In this document: positions 9,276 through 19,192 of the stretch, piece by piece
Layout of the letters: the number at the start of each line of letters is the position of its first letter
How positions within the stretch are numbered: the stretch's first letter is position 1
Assembly: GCA_965224025.1 (NCBI GenBank)
Contig: OZ245033.1
Coordinates: forward strand, 4,832,001 to 4,896,000
Direction of reading: 5' to 3'
Source: Candidatus Multivorans sp.
Lineage (GTDB): Bacteria > Acidobacteriota > Thermoanaerobaculia > Multivoradales > Multivoraceae
Length of the DNA: 64,000 nt
Program-made: the position numbers and the translations under genes
Notes under the pieces: generated by a model
The model's input: only the letters and a program-made list of their open reading frames with translations
Told to the model about the DNA's origin: nothing
Databases searched by the model: none

Positions 9276-9841
9276 ACGACATGGCAAACGAGTACCCGCG
9301 CACGGTCCACCTCAAGGGCAAGCCGTTCGAGTTCAGGCTTCTCGGCCACGACGACAGAGATGACATGCTGGGGTTCGCACGCACCCTGCCGGAAGAGGAT
9401 CTCCGGTTCCTGCGCGTCGACCTGACCGATCCGAAGGTCGTCGACCACTGGATCGAAGGCGTGAACTCAGGGCTCCGGATTGCCGTGCTCGCCCACCTCG
9501 ACGGCCGGCTCGTGGGCTACGGCAGCCTGAACCGCCGCGAGTCGTCGTGGATGCGGCACCTGGGCGAGATCCGGATCATGGTGCTGCCGGAGGTCCGGCA
9601 GGTCGGTCTAGGAGGCCACCTGGCGCACGACGTCTTCCAACTCGCCCAACAGATCGGGCTGACCAAGATCGTCGCCCAGATGGCCCGCGAGCAGCGCGGC
9701 GCCCGCCAGATGTTCCACAAGCTGGGCTTCTCGATCGAAGCCCTGCTCGCGGATTGGGTGATCGATCCCGACGACGCCACGCATGACCTGATTCTGATGT
9801 CCTACGACGTGACCGGGTTGGAGGCGGGGGCGGGGGCCTAG
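9272..9841 (+). CDS. GNAT family N-acetyltransferase
   Basis: HLGEIRIMVLPEVRQVGLG, A..MFHKLGF. Confidence 0.85.
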   Translation: MNDMANEYPRTVHLKGKPFEFRLLGHDDRDDMLGFARTLPEEDLRFLRVDLTDPKVVDHWIEGVNSGLRIAVLAHLDGRLVGYGSLNRRESSWMRHLGEIRIMVLPEVRQVGLGGHLAHDVFQLAQQIGLTKIVAQMAREQRGARQMFHKLGFSIEALLADWVIDPDDATHDLILMSYDVTGLEAGAGA

Positions 9842-9848
9842 CTTCGGC

Positions 9849-10151
9849 GTGAACGATCGCGTCGGCGCGATGACGGAGCCGCCGCATCTCGGCGTGCTTG
9901 GCCACGAGAGCATGGACGAGGTCGGCTGGAACGTGACTGAGACAACGGCGCGCTTGGACTGTGAAGGCGGAACGCTCTCGCGTTTTCTGAACGGCGGGGC
10001 CGGTGTATTCGCGAAGATGGCGCTGGCGTGTGAAGGAATCGGCTGGGGAACTGCCGACCACTGGATGCGGATGTAGGCGAGCTTCGAACTTGCACAGGCG
10101 CGCCGCGCGCGGGCAGCAGCCGGAAGGCCCGTGGCCGAAGCGCAGGCCTGA
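9849..10151 (+). pseudogene. HigA-family antitoxin (HTH) pseudogene
   Basis: PPHLG...TLSRFLNG...MALA...WMRM then TAG at 10074-10076, followed in frame by ASFELAQARR (family pattern WMRMQAxYDLAQ). Confidence 0.7.
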
Positions 10152-10265
10152 TCCGGTTCGGGCAGGCCGACACGCAACAACCGGCCCGTCGACCGCTGAC
10201 GCCAGCGCGAGTTCTGCCGGCTGACCGCCTCGGCGACGCCGGACAGCTTCACCTCGATTAGGGCG

Positions 10266-10294
10266 AGGTCTATCCCCGCGGGTGCGGGGGAACC
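10266..10294 (-). CRISPR. Solitary type I-E-like CRISPR repeat
   Basis: Minus strand GGTTCCCCCGCACCCGCGGGGATAGACCT: 29 nt with CCCCGC/GCGGGG stem; no second copy at +/-61 nt. Confidence 0.7.
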
Positions 10295-10384
10295 TGACAG
10301 ACAAGCACTGTCAATGGCAACCAAAAACTGCATACTTTGTCCGAGGGAGCGGTAGCGGTGCGGGTAGCGGTCGTACCAGAAGCA

Positions 10385-13300
10385 CGCTCAACGAAGGCCG
10401 GGGGATGAACCCCGGCGACACGCGTCCGTGAAGGCGTTCGTGTCGGCCTCGCCCTCCGCTCAACGAAGGCCGGGGGATGAACCCCGGCGACACCGGCTGG
10501 TGGCCCGGACCTGCGAACGCTGCGTCAGCGCTCAACGAAGGCCGGGGGATGAACCCCGGCGACACTCGGTTGTTAGCCGCACGTACACGCCGGCATTCGG
10601 CGCTCAACGAAGGCCGGGGGATGAACCCCGGCGACACTCGCTCCAGTTCTCTGCCTTCTGCTGGCTCGGCACCGCTCAACGAAGGCCGGGGGATGAACCC
10701 CGGCGACACTCAAAGATGCAGAACGAATCAGAGAACGTCGAGCCCGCTCAACGAAGGCCGGGGGATGAACCCCGGCGACACATCCACGAACAGCGGGTGC
10801 GGTCCCTGCGACGGGACGCTCAACGAAGGCCGGGGGATGAACCCCGGCGACACCATCCGAGCTGTCCCGACTGTGGCGAGCCGGTCAAACGCTCAACGAA
10901 GGCCGGGGGATGAACCCCGGCGACACGATCTTCCAGTTCTCGGCGTCGGGCACGGTGCTCGGCGCTCAACGAAGGCCGGGGGATGAACCCCGGCGACACT
11001 AGAGCAGGTTCGAGGGCACGTAGCCGGTGCCCTTCGCTCAACGAAGGCCGGGGGATGAACCCCGGCGACACTCGAAGACGTCCTCGATCGGGACCGGGTC
11101 GAACTGCGCTCAACGAAGGCCGGGGGATGAACCCCGGCGACACGCGAAGCCGGCGGGGAGCGGATCCTCGAGGATCCTCGCTCAACGAAGGCCGGGGGAT
11201 GAACCCCGGCGACACAAGAGAATCCGCCGCAGGGGAACAGCGTTACCTTCGCTCAACGAAGGCCGGGGGATGAACCCCGGCGACACGCCCGTCGCGGCAT
11301 CCGTGGCCGCCCACGTCCTCGACGCTCAACGAAGGCCGGGGGATGAACCCCGGCGACACTCCGTGACTTCATCGGCAGCAGTCATGCTCCGAACCGCTCA
11401 ACGAAGGCCGGGGGATGAACCCCGGCGACACCCGAAGCGAAGTGCCCATCCGTCTTCTCAATGCTCCGCTCAACGAAGGCCGGGGGATGAACCCCGGCGA
11501 CACCGCCACGCCGTGCGCCACGTCTCGGTGACGAACGCGCTCAACGAAGGCCGGGGGATGAACCCCGGCGACACTCTGCCGGCGCCGCTATCGCGTCGTG
11601 GATGAAGTGCGCTCAACGAAGGCCGGGGGATGAACCCCGGCGACACCACAGACCGTCACCGCCCCACTGGGCGCTCGGATGCGCTCAACGAAGGCCGGGG
11701 GATGAACCCCGGCGACACAAGACCTTCTCGTGCCCGAGCGTGTCCCAAGCGGTCGCTCAACGAAGGCCGGGGGATGAACCCCGGCGACACCCACAGACCG
11801 TCACCGCCCCACTGGGCGGACGGATGCGCTCAACGAAGGCCGGGGGATGAACCCCGGCGACACCTCCCAGAGCTGATCGACCAAGCCGACATAGAGCCGC
11901 GCTCAACGAAGGCCGGGGGATGAACCCCGGCGACACCGTACAGCCGCGTCCGTCCGTCCACCTTCACCGCCGCTCAACGAAGGCCGGGGGATGAACCCCG
12001 GCGACACTCCGAGGCACTGCCAGCGCCGTGCAGATGTCGGCCGCTCAACGAAGGCCGGGGGATGAACCCCGGCGACACCGCCCATCTCCTTCTGCTTGCC
12101 TCCCGGCATTAGCTCGCTCAACGAAGGCCGGGGGATGAACCCCGGCGACACATGACGACAGCGATCACAAGGGACGCCGCGGCCACCGCTCAACGAAGGC
12201 CGGGGGATGAACCCCGGCGACACCGTCCTGACCGGCGCCGTTCTTCGTCGTCAGCTCGGTCGCTCAACGAAGGCCGGGGGATGAACCCCGGCGACACCGC
12301 CCCTCCGAGTGGCCGTAGACTGCCGGCTGCACCGCTCAACGAAGGCCGGGGGATGAACCCCGGCGACACCCTGCGCCGGCACCCGGGCCAGGAAGTCGCG
12401 GAGCGCTCAACGAAGGCCGGGGGATGAACCCCGGCGACACGTCCGGGCTCCCACGAGATCTCGCGGGCCAGGGGCGCATACGCTCAACGAAGGCCGGGGG
12501 ATGAACCCCGGCGACACGGTGCTCAAGCTGCACCGGGCGGGCTATCCGGCGGCCGGCGCTCAACGAAGGCCGGGGGATGAACCCCGGCGACACCCGGCAG
12601 GACGATGCTCTCGGACTCCAGCAGGCCCTTCGCTCAACGAAGGCCGGGGGATGAACCCCGGCGACACGAAGCGGAACCGGTCCGGGTCGCCCCAGTCGAT
12701 CGGCGCTCAACGAAGGCCGGGGGATGAACCCCGGCGACACCCAGGTGGCCCAGTAGGTCCAGATGTTGCGCTTGATCGCTCAACGAAGGCCGGGGGATGA
12801 ACCCCGGCGACACCAGTCGTTGCCGTCGATCTGCCGCACCGCGGCGAGCGCTCAACGAAGGCCGGGGGATGAACCCCGGCGACACCTGGCCATCCACCAC
12901 CTGACCACCGAGGCGACCTGCGCTCAACGAAGGCCGGGGGATGAACCCCGGCGACACAGGCCGTCGCGGGCGCACTCCGCGGCCCCAACCGACGCTCAAC
13001 GAAGGCCGGGGGATGAACCCCGGCGACACCGGCCGGGGCGGGGTCGGGGATCAGCGCGCTCGTCATCGCTCAACGAAGGCCGGGGGATGAACCCCGGCGA
13101 CACTCCGCCGCGGGCGTAGCCGACCCGCGAGTGACGGAACGCTCAACGAAGGCCGGGGGATGAACCCCGGCGACACACGCTCGCGGACATGGGCTGGCGG
13201 CCCACCAAGTCCGCTCAACGAAGGCCGGGGGATGAACCCCGGCGACACAGCCACGCGAGGACGGCGGCTGCTCGGCGGGTCGTGATCGCTCAACGAAGGC

Positions 13301-13396
13301 CGGGGGATGAACCCCGGCGACACCTCGTGCAGTTGCACCGCCTCCGGCGACGGCGAGTGCGCTCAACGAAGGCCGGGGGATGAACCCCGGCGACAC
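10385..13396 (-). CRISPR. Type I-G CRISPR array, 42 repeats / 41 spacers
   Basis: Invariant 37-nt repeat GTGTCGCCGGGGTTCATCCCCCGGCCTTCGTTGAGCG (minus strand) counted 42 times; spacers 34-40 nt, mostly 35-36. Confidence 0.99.
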
Positions 13397-13578
13397 TGCT
13401 AATGTCAAAGAGCAACTCGCCGAGAGCGACGGAAAACAGAATCTACCCCTTGACGGGAGACTCCTAGACATCGTTCACGCACCTGCGCAGGAGAAAATAC
13501 GCCTCGCGCGCGACCACCGAGGACTGATTCCCGCCCGCCGAGGTTGCCGAACCCAGGATCACCGGACGTTCGCAGGGT
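13397..13578 (-). promoter_or_regulatory. CRISPR leader
   Basis: Lower-GC non-coding stretch between cas2 stop and first repeat, ending GCTCTTTGACATTAGCA. Confidence 0.8.
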
Positions 13579-13869
13579 TCACAAGACCCAAGGATCTCCA
13601 AGTTCGCGGCCTCTCCCACGACCCAAACGGGTGCGAAAGTCGGCGATCGGGCCCGGGAAGCGGTAGACGACAAGCGAGTCCAGGTCCGCGTCCATGACGT
13701 CCTGGATTTCGCCGACCAGCCGGGCGAACCGAGTGGGCGACAACCGGCATTCGAAGACCGAGAACTGGACCCGCTCGCCGTACTTCTCGCAGACCTTGGC
13801 GACGCGTCTCAGTCGCGACGCGCCCTTGCCGTCCGTGTCGGCAATGTCGTACGCGACAAGAACATCCAC
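13579..13869 (-). CDS. cas2: CRISPR-associated endoribonuclease Cas2
   Basis: VLVAYDI...RLRRVAKVCEKYGERVQFSVFEC; GTG start at 13869. Confidence 0.95.
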   Translation of the reverse strand: MDVLVAYDIADTDGKGASRLRRVAKVCEKYGERVQFSVFECRLSPTRFARLVGEIQDVMDADLDSLVVYRFPGPIADFRTRLGRGRGRELGDPWVL

Positions 13870-13871
13870 GT

Positions 13872-14888
13872 TCAGGCCATCACGTAGGCAGGATAGGCCG
13901 GAAGATCGCCCCGCAGATGCCGCGCAAGCAGTGTCGCCTGGACCGACGGCAGAGCCCATCTCTCAACACGACGGCCGAGCACGCCGTGGGAGAGCTGCCT
14001 TGCCTTGTCGCGCTCCCAGGCTTCGATCAGCGTCGTTCTTCCCGGGTCCGTCAAGTAGGTCCCTCCGCCCGGCATACGAACGAAGCTGTCGGGACCGATC
14101 TGCCTACGGCGAACCAAGGTAACCACGAAGCGATCAGAGAGGGCGCGAAGCTCTTCAGCCAAGTCGAGTGCCAGTGACGGCCTTCCCGACCGAGGCCGAT
14201 GGAAGAACCCCAGCTGGTAGTCAAGGCCCAAGCTCTCCACGGCACCGATTATCTCGGTCACCACCAGGCCGTAGCAGAACCCCAACATCGCGTTCACGGG
14301 GTCACGCGGCGGCCGCCGACTCCTGGCCCGGAATCCGAGATGGCTCGTCGAAAGGGCGAGTCCGAGCGCACGGAAGTAGATTCTGGCGGCGTCGCCTTCA
14401 ACGCCCCGCACATGGTCCCCGCTGGTCGCCTCCGCCAGTCTGGCCACCCGCTCGCGAAGCTGAACAGATCGACGACCCAATCCCTCGGCGCGAACCGGTT
14501 CTCTCTCGTCTCGCGCCCATCGAGCCACTACCCTGCTGCTGTTCTGAAGCTTCGCCGCGACGACTGCCTTGGACAGTTCAAGCGAATGGTCCTCGTCCTC
14601 CACGGCCCGATAGTGGGCAATCCGCAGGTGAACATTTCCTCCAGTGGGCGCCCCGACAACGAACCGCGGCGCGCCGCCCCTGGTCAAGGCCGCAATCCGG
14701 ACTCCCCGGCGCGTACAGGCCTCCATCGCCTGCGTGGTGACCTGTGCACCCCCCAACAGAATCACCGAGTCGACCGCTTCAAGCGGTACACGACGACTCC
14801 CTTGCGGAGACGAGATGAGAAGCGCGCCCGAGCGATGCCCCACCCGTGCTCGGTGTTCGCGGACATAGACCGTACTCAGATAGCGCAT
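13872..14888 (-). CDS. cas1: CRISPR-associated endonuclease Cas1
   Basis: RGVEGDAARIYF, RRPPRDPVNAMLGFCY, LALDLAEELR. Confidence 0.96.
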   Translation of the reverse strand: MRYLSTVYVREHRARVGHRSGALLISSPQGSRRVPLEAVDSVILLGGAQVTTQAMEACTRRGVRIAALTRGGAPRFVVGAPTGGNVHLRIAHYRAVEDEDHSLELSKAVVAAKLQNSSRVVARWARDEREPVRAEGLGRRSVQLRERVARLAEATSGDHVRGVEGDAARIYFRALGLALSTSHLGFRARSRRPPRDPVNAMLGFCYGLVVTEIIGAVESLGLDYQLGFFHRPRSGRPSLALDLAEELRALSDRFVVTLVRRRQIGPDSFVRMPGGGTYLTDPGRTTLIEAWERDKARQLSHGVLGRRVERWALPSVQATLLARHLRGDLPAYPAYVMA

Positions 14889-15493
14889 CGGTACAGCGTG
14901 CTGGCGACGTAGCGTCGGACTCGACCGGGGTTGCTAACCAGTTCCGGGACGCAGTGATGGCGAAGCTGACACTCCGAACAGCGGGCATCGTTCGGCGCTT
15001 GGGGCAGCTTGCCGGTTCTCGTCATGGCCCGTATCCGTCCGACAACCTCCAAGGTCTCTCGCCGAAGCTGCTCGCTCAACTCGACCCGTGCGCGACGCCG
15101 AGGACCGCCGTACCACACGTAGCCAACGGCGATGTGCAGACCGAGCATCTCCTCCAGACAAAGGGCCTGGGCGCAGAGTTGCAGGTCCGCCGTCCTCCCG
15201 TGCCTTACTCCCGACTTGTACTCCACCGGGGCGACAGTGTTCCCCTTCACTTCGACAGCGTCCGCTCGGCCCGACAGCCCATGTCTTTCCGACCAAAGCG
15301 GAATCGCCCGAAGCATGAACCACCCGCGCTCCTCGCGATGGCGTCCGCTGTCGACCCGGCGGTGGCCGCGCGATCCCTTCACCGTGTGTGTATTGTCGGT
15401 CCACACCCCGTCACAGTGAATCAGTGCACACTGCCTGGGACAGTAGGCGTAGTGCTCGATCGCCGAGATCGGAACGGTCGAGACCGCGCTCAG
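14876..15493 (-). CDS. cas4: CRISPR-associated exonuclease Cas4 (not fused to Cas1)
   Basis: PISAIEHYAYCPRQ, GRADAVE...PVEYK, QLCAQALCLEEM, C..C...C; start approximate. Confidence 0.93.
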   Translation of the reverse strand: MSAVSTVPISAIEHYAYCPRQCALIHCDGVWTDNTHTVKGSRGHRRVDSGRHREERGWFMLRAIPLWSERHGLSGRADAVEVKGNTVAPVEYKSGVRHGRTADLQLCAQALCLEEMLGLHIAVGYVWYGGPRRRARVELSEQLRRETLEVVGRIRAMTRTGKLPQAPNDARCSECQLRHHCVPELVSNPGRVRRYVASTLYRCAI

Positions 15494-16392
15494 AGTCGCT
15501 CCGATCCAAGAGCCGCTGTCCTGTCCGCCTGCGCTCGGTGCAAATACCTGACACATTGCCACCCCGCACGGACACCGACTCGCCCCCATGTCCTCTGCAC
15601 ACCGGGGTTCCACACATCCAACAAGGCGTCGATCGCTGACGAGTCGAGGCTCCGCGTCCACGCCGGCCACTTGAAACGGCGACCGCCTCGGCCCTCGTCA
15701 GCGGCGAACCATCCTCGCTGCATCGCGACAACACGCTTTTGGCGCCCGAGCCGCAGGTCAACCCCATCACCCCGAACGGGGAGAATCGCGAGACCAAAGA
15801 AAGCGAGGATCTCAACGACGGGATCGACCAGATGTCCCCCCGTGTTGTCCGCCAACGACCCCAATCTCGTCTGATCGAACGCCAACCCGCAGCTACTGGC
15901 TCGATCGGCCTGGCCGGAAAGGGAAGCCCGAATTCGATCCGCGGATGGCTCGATCAGCCCGTGAAGCCTGACCAAGCGGTGGTGTAGCCACTTGATCGTG
16001 CCGGGGCCAGCGGCGTCGAAGGGAGCATGGGCGACCTCGCCGTGTTGGTCAACAGCCAAATCTGTCATCGTCGAAGACAACGTCCAAGAGTGCCGGTGGC
16101 CACGTGCGGCCCGCGCGCGGGCGACAAAGGCCTCCGCTGGCACTTTCCGCCTCACTTGTCCGACGCCCTGCCAGTCCTCGGCGATCGGGAGATCGTCAAG
16201 AAACCCCGCATCCGGCCAAGAGGAGGCCAGGAGCTCCACCGGGTCGCCGTCCTCGGACGACAAGACGGCAACCGGCGTCCGGTCCCCGGTCCACCGAAGC
16301 CGAATCCGCGGAACGAGAACAGTGGCTCCAACGGCGGCAAGCCAAGCGTTGAGCCAAAACGCTGGGAGACCCCGGCACTTCACTTCGGCCAT
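15490..16392 (-). CDS. Type I-G small large-subunit (Cas8g2/Csb3-like)
   Basis: Position between cas3 and cas4; N-terminal GL...AWLAAVG, ILAFFGLAILPV and FKWPAW motifs resemble Cas8u2/Csb3. Confidence 0.65.
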   Translation of the reverse strand: MAEVKCRGLPAFWLNAWLAAVGATVLVPRIRLRWTGDRTPVAVLSSEDGDPVELLASSWPDAGFLDDLPIAEDWQGVGQVRRKVPAEAFVARARAARGHRHSWTLSSTMTDLAVDQHGEVAHAPFDAAGPGTIKWLHHRLVRLHGLIEPSADRIRASLSGQADRASSCGLAFDQTRLGSLADNTGGHLVDPVVEILAFFGLAILPVRGDGVDLRLGRQKRVVAMQRGWFAADEGRGGRRFKWPAWTRSLDSSAIDALLDVWNPGVQRTWGRVGVRAGWQCVRYLHRAQADRTAALGSERL

Positions 16393-19151
16393 GCGTAACC
16401 CTCCGGCAAGACGACTTCTGCACCGCCGGAAACCTGATGGTCCGCTTGCCGAACGATCGCCTCAAGGAGCGCCAATCCCCACGGCCCGAAACGATCGTTC
16501 AAGCGCCTGAAGCGGCCCGGTTGTTCCCAATCCACGATCTCAAGGTCTGCGGGCACTTCCACAGGCACTCCTTGCACTTCAGCCGAGACGACAAGGCTGG
16601 TGCCATCGCCCACCGGTGGCACCAGGGGCCGCCCGCTACCGTGGTGGCTGATGACCAGATGGACCAGTAGGTCACGCACCGGCTCAGTCAACCATCCCGA
16701 GGCGCCGCGCAACCACTTGCGGACAAGGCGCGCCGAGAGCGCTTCGTGCCGGCCGCCACGCGGCCAAGCTGCGGCCACTCGCGCCGCGTCCCAGAGATGC
16801 TGCGGCATATCGGACTTCGCAACCGGTACAGACGACCGCTGCTGTGGATCAAGCCACCGCTGAAAGCGCCTATCCTCCTTCCCAAGGTCGTGCAGCCGCC
16901 CGGCCCACTCCACCACCTGGGCGAGTTCCGGAGAGACACCGATCCGCTCAGCGATCGACCTCGACCGAACCGCCACAGCACTGCAATGGAGCTCCAGCCT
17001 CGTGGACGTTGGGGAGAGCGACCTCTCGTCGCGGCTGTCGCTGCGCAATTCGCCGTTCCCGTCCTGCAGCATCAGACGCGGAACTTCTTTTCTCCCCGTA
17101 ACAGGGTCGCGACCAAGCTGGGAGAGGAACTCACACCATTCGTCTTGCTTCCAGCCGAGGGCCGGGGTTTCCGAGACCGCCGAGACGATCTCTTCGACAG
17201 CCGCCGCTTTCTCGTCGGCGTCGAACTCGTCGTCCTCATCCGACAGGCCCACCGCCCGATCGATCACCGACTGTGGTATCGAAACACCGCACAGACACCA
17301 CACGCCCTTCTTGCTCAAGGGTAGACCGTGGTTGGCCACCGACACGTCCACGACAGGGGCGTCAGACGACGGCGCCCAACCAAACTCGTCCAGGAGCCCT
17401 CGGTCGCTGCTCAACACGACGGTGTCGCCCGGCCGCAGTACATCCCTGGTCACGTTCTCGACGGTCACTAGGTCAGAATCCAGGCGGCGCAGCACCTCTT
17501 CCTCGCCGAACACTCGACGCGCCTCAGCGATCGGGACGTCTACTGCCTCCCGGTCACTCGGCCGCGGCCACAGGGCTTCACCTTCTTCCGGGACGTGCGC
17601 ACGCCAGATCATTGAAACCACGTACGCCGGACCTTCAATACCCGAGAAGTACGGTTCGATCGGAGCTTCGCCTTCCGGCGGAGTCGTTGTCTTCAGCCAC
17701 TCCCAGAGAAGCCCATGGAGCACCTCCGGCGCTCGACCGGGATCATCATTCGGAGGTCCCAGGACCTGCGCCATCCGGCGCGGCGAGAGATTGATCTCCT
17801 CGGACTGTCCCGACATGTGGGCCTTCAATCGCTGAAGCACTGTTGCCGGCTCAGCACCGTAAACCGGCCAATCTTCGCCATCCGTGCGCGACCTGCTGCC
17901 TGGCGGTAGGTGCACATAGGTTGCACGGGCGTGGGGATGGTCGCCGAGCCGGTTCAATCGGCCCAGCCGCTGGGTCAGTGCTCTCACACCGCAGCACTCG
18001 GTGACGAGATACTCCGCATCCACGTCGGCCCCCACCTCCAACGTCTGCGTTGCAACCACGATCAAGGAGCGAGACCGGACTGCCGACGCCTCCTTGTCGG
18101 CCGGCATTCCATGCACGCTGTGAAGAACGCTAGCGCGCACCAACTCCGCCTCCCTTTCGCGTGAGCGACCGGTCAAGAGCAGAATGTCGGCCACAGTTCT
18201 GCTCGTGTCCTTGCGTAGCCGCTCAAACGCCGACCTCGCGGTTGCGGGTGTGTTCGCGAAGACGAGGCAGGCGGCCGGATGCGCCTCGCGAACAAGCTCC
18301 ATCGTCGACTCTGCAAGCGCCCGACCTCCGTCGCCACCGGCTTCCACCACCCGCACGGGCTTGGCCGCGTCGAGACGGCGACGGACTACGCTGTGAGCCT
18401 CGTCGTCGCGGTTCAGATCGAAGCGGTCCTCGTCCGGGGCGTCGCCAGTTGCCGTAAGCGCAACCACCAACGGTCTGGATCGTGGCCCCGGAAGGACCAG
18501 ACTGGCCGCCGGAGCGCATTCGACCAGCGCGGGGATCAAGGACATGAGGTGCGGCGCCAAGTGGGCCTCGTCGAGAAGAACCAGGCTGTCCGTGCCCGCC
18601 AGGGCACCGTCCACGGGGCGCAGCCCCCGACTCGACCCATAGCCCCGGAAGAGCAGTCGCGAGCCATACATCGGCAAGGTCGACAAGATGACGGTCGGGG
18701 CCGACGGATCCGACGGTCGCCCCGAAGAAACGCCTCCGCGCAGCCGTATCACTTCCAGCGGCAAACGCCCAGGACCGGCAGCGAACGTTCGGAGCCGGTC
18801 AGCAACACTCTTCACGGCGGCGGCGTCTTCGCGGGTAAGGCCCTGCCCTTCCGGGTCTTCGAGTTTCCTGCCGATCGCCTCGGCATGCAAGTTGGTCGAG
18901 TCCACGAGCAAACGCCGGTTGACGACCCACCAGATACGAGTCGGCGCCGTCCTCTCCGCAGGCGAGCGATCGGCCTGTGATGCAAGCCACCAGACGGCGA
19001 TGTCGAGACAGGCCGTCTTCCCAAGTCCCGTTGGGACACCCACGTGTCTCCGCCAAGTCTCACGCTCGGCTACCTCGCGGGCCAGCCGTGCCTGCCAGGG
19101 AAACGGTTCGCGCCCGTTGACGGCACGATAAAACCGGTCGAAGGTCGGCAT
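16380..19151 (-). CDS. cas3: Type I-G Cas3 helicase-nuclease (C-terminal HD)
   Basis: PFPWQ, PTGLGKT, LLDEAH, ATQTLEVGAD, QRLGRLNR, C-terminal H...LHDLGK...RHE...SHHG. Confidence 0.95.
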   Translation of the reverse strand: MPTFDRFYRAVNGREPFPWQARLAREVAERETWRRHVGVPTGLGKTACLDIAVWWLASQADRSPAERTAPTRIWWVVNRRLLVDSTNLHAEAIGRKLEDPEGQGLTREDAAAVKSVADRLRTFAAGPGRLPLEVIRLRGGVSSGRPSDPSAPTVILSTLPMYGSRLLFRGYGSSRGLRPVDGALAGTDSLVLLDEAHLAPHLMSLIPALVECAPAASLVLPGPRSRPLVVALTATGDAPDEDRFDLNRDDEAHSVVRRRLDAAKPVRVVEAGGDGGRALAESTMELVREAHPAACLVFANTPATARSAFERLRKDTSRTVADILLLTGRSREREAELVRASVLHSVHGMPADKEASAVRSRSLIVVATQTLEVGADVDAEYLVTECCGVRALTQRLGRLNRLGDHPHARATYVHLPPGSRSRTDGEDWPVYGAEPATVLQRLKAHMSGQSEEINLSPRRMAQVLGPPNDDPGRAPEVLHGLLWEWLKTTTPPEGEAPIEPYFSGIEGPAYVVSMIWRAHVPEEGEALWPRPSDREAVDVPIAEARRVFGEEEVLRRLDSDLVTVENVTRDVLRPGDTVVLSSDRGLLDEFGWAPSSDAPVVDVSVANHGLPLSKKGVWCLCGVSIPQSVIDRAVGLSDEDDEFDADEKAAAVEEIVSAVSETPALGWKQDEWCEFLSQLGRDPVTGRKEVPRLMLQDGNGELRSDSRDERSLSPTSTRLELHCSAVAVRSRSIAERIGVSPELAQVVEWAGRLHDLGKEDRRFQRWLDPQQRSSVPVAKSDMPQHLWDAARVAAAWPRGGRHEALSARLVRKWLRGASGWLTEPVRDLLVHLVISHHGSGRPLVPPVGDGTSLVVSAEVQGVPVEVPADLEIVDWEQPGRFRRLNDRFGPWGLALLEAIVRQADHQVSGGAEVVLPEGYAWPK

Positions 19152-19192
19152 TGGCGCGCAGAAAAGGGAAGCAGAGTTTGTCCGCAGCGTCC

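Noticed and set aside
10205-10355. Second I-E repeat forming a mini-array
   Set aside because: No recognisable repeat at the expected 61-nt period on either side
10385-13396. Self-targeting array spacers within the window
   Set aside because: None noticed by eye; an exhaustive alignment could not be run
10311-13471. Many short ORFs with AQRRPGDEPRRH / VSPGFIPRPSLS / LNEGRGMNPGDT repeats
   Set aside because: Translations of the CRISPR repeat, not proteins
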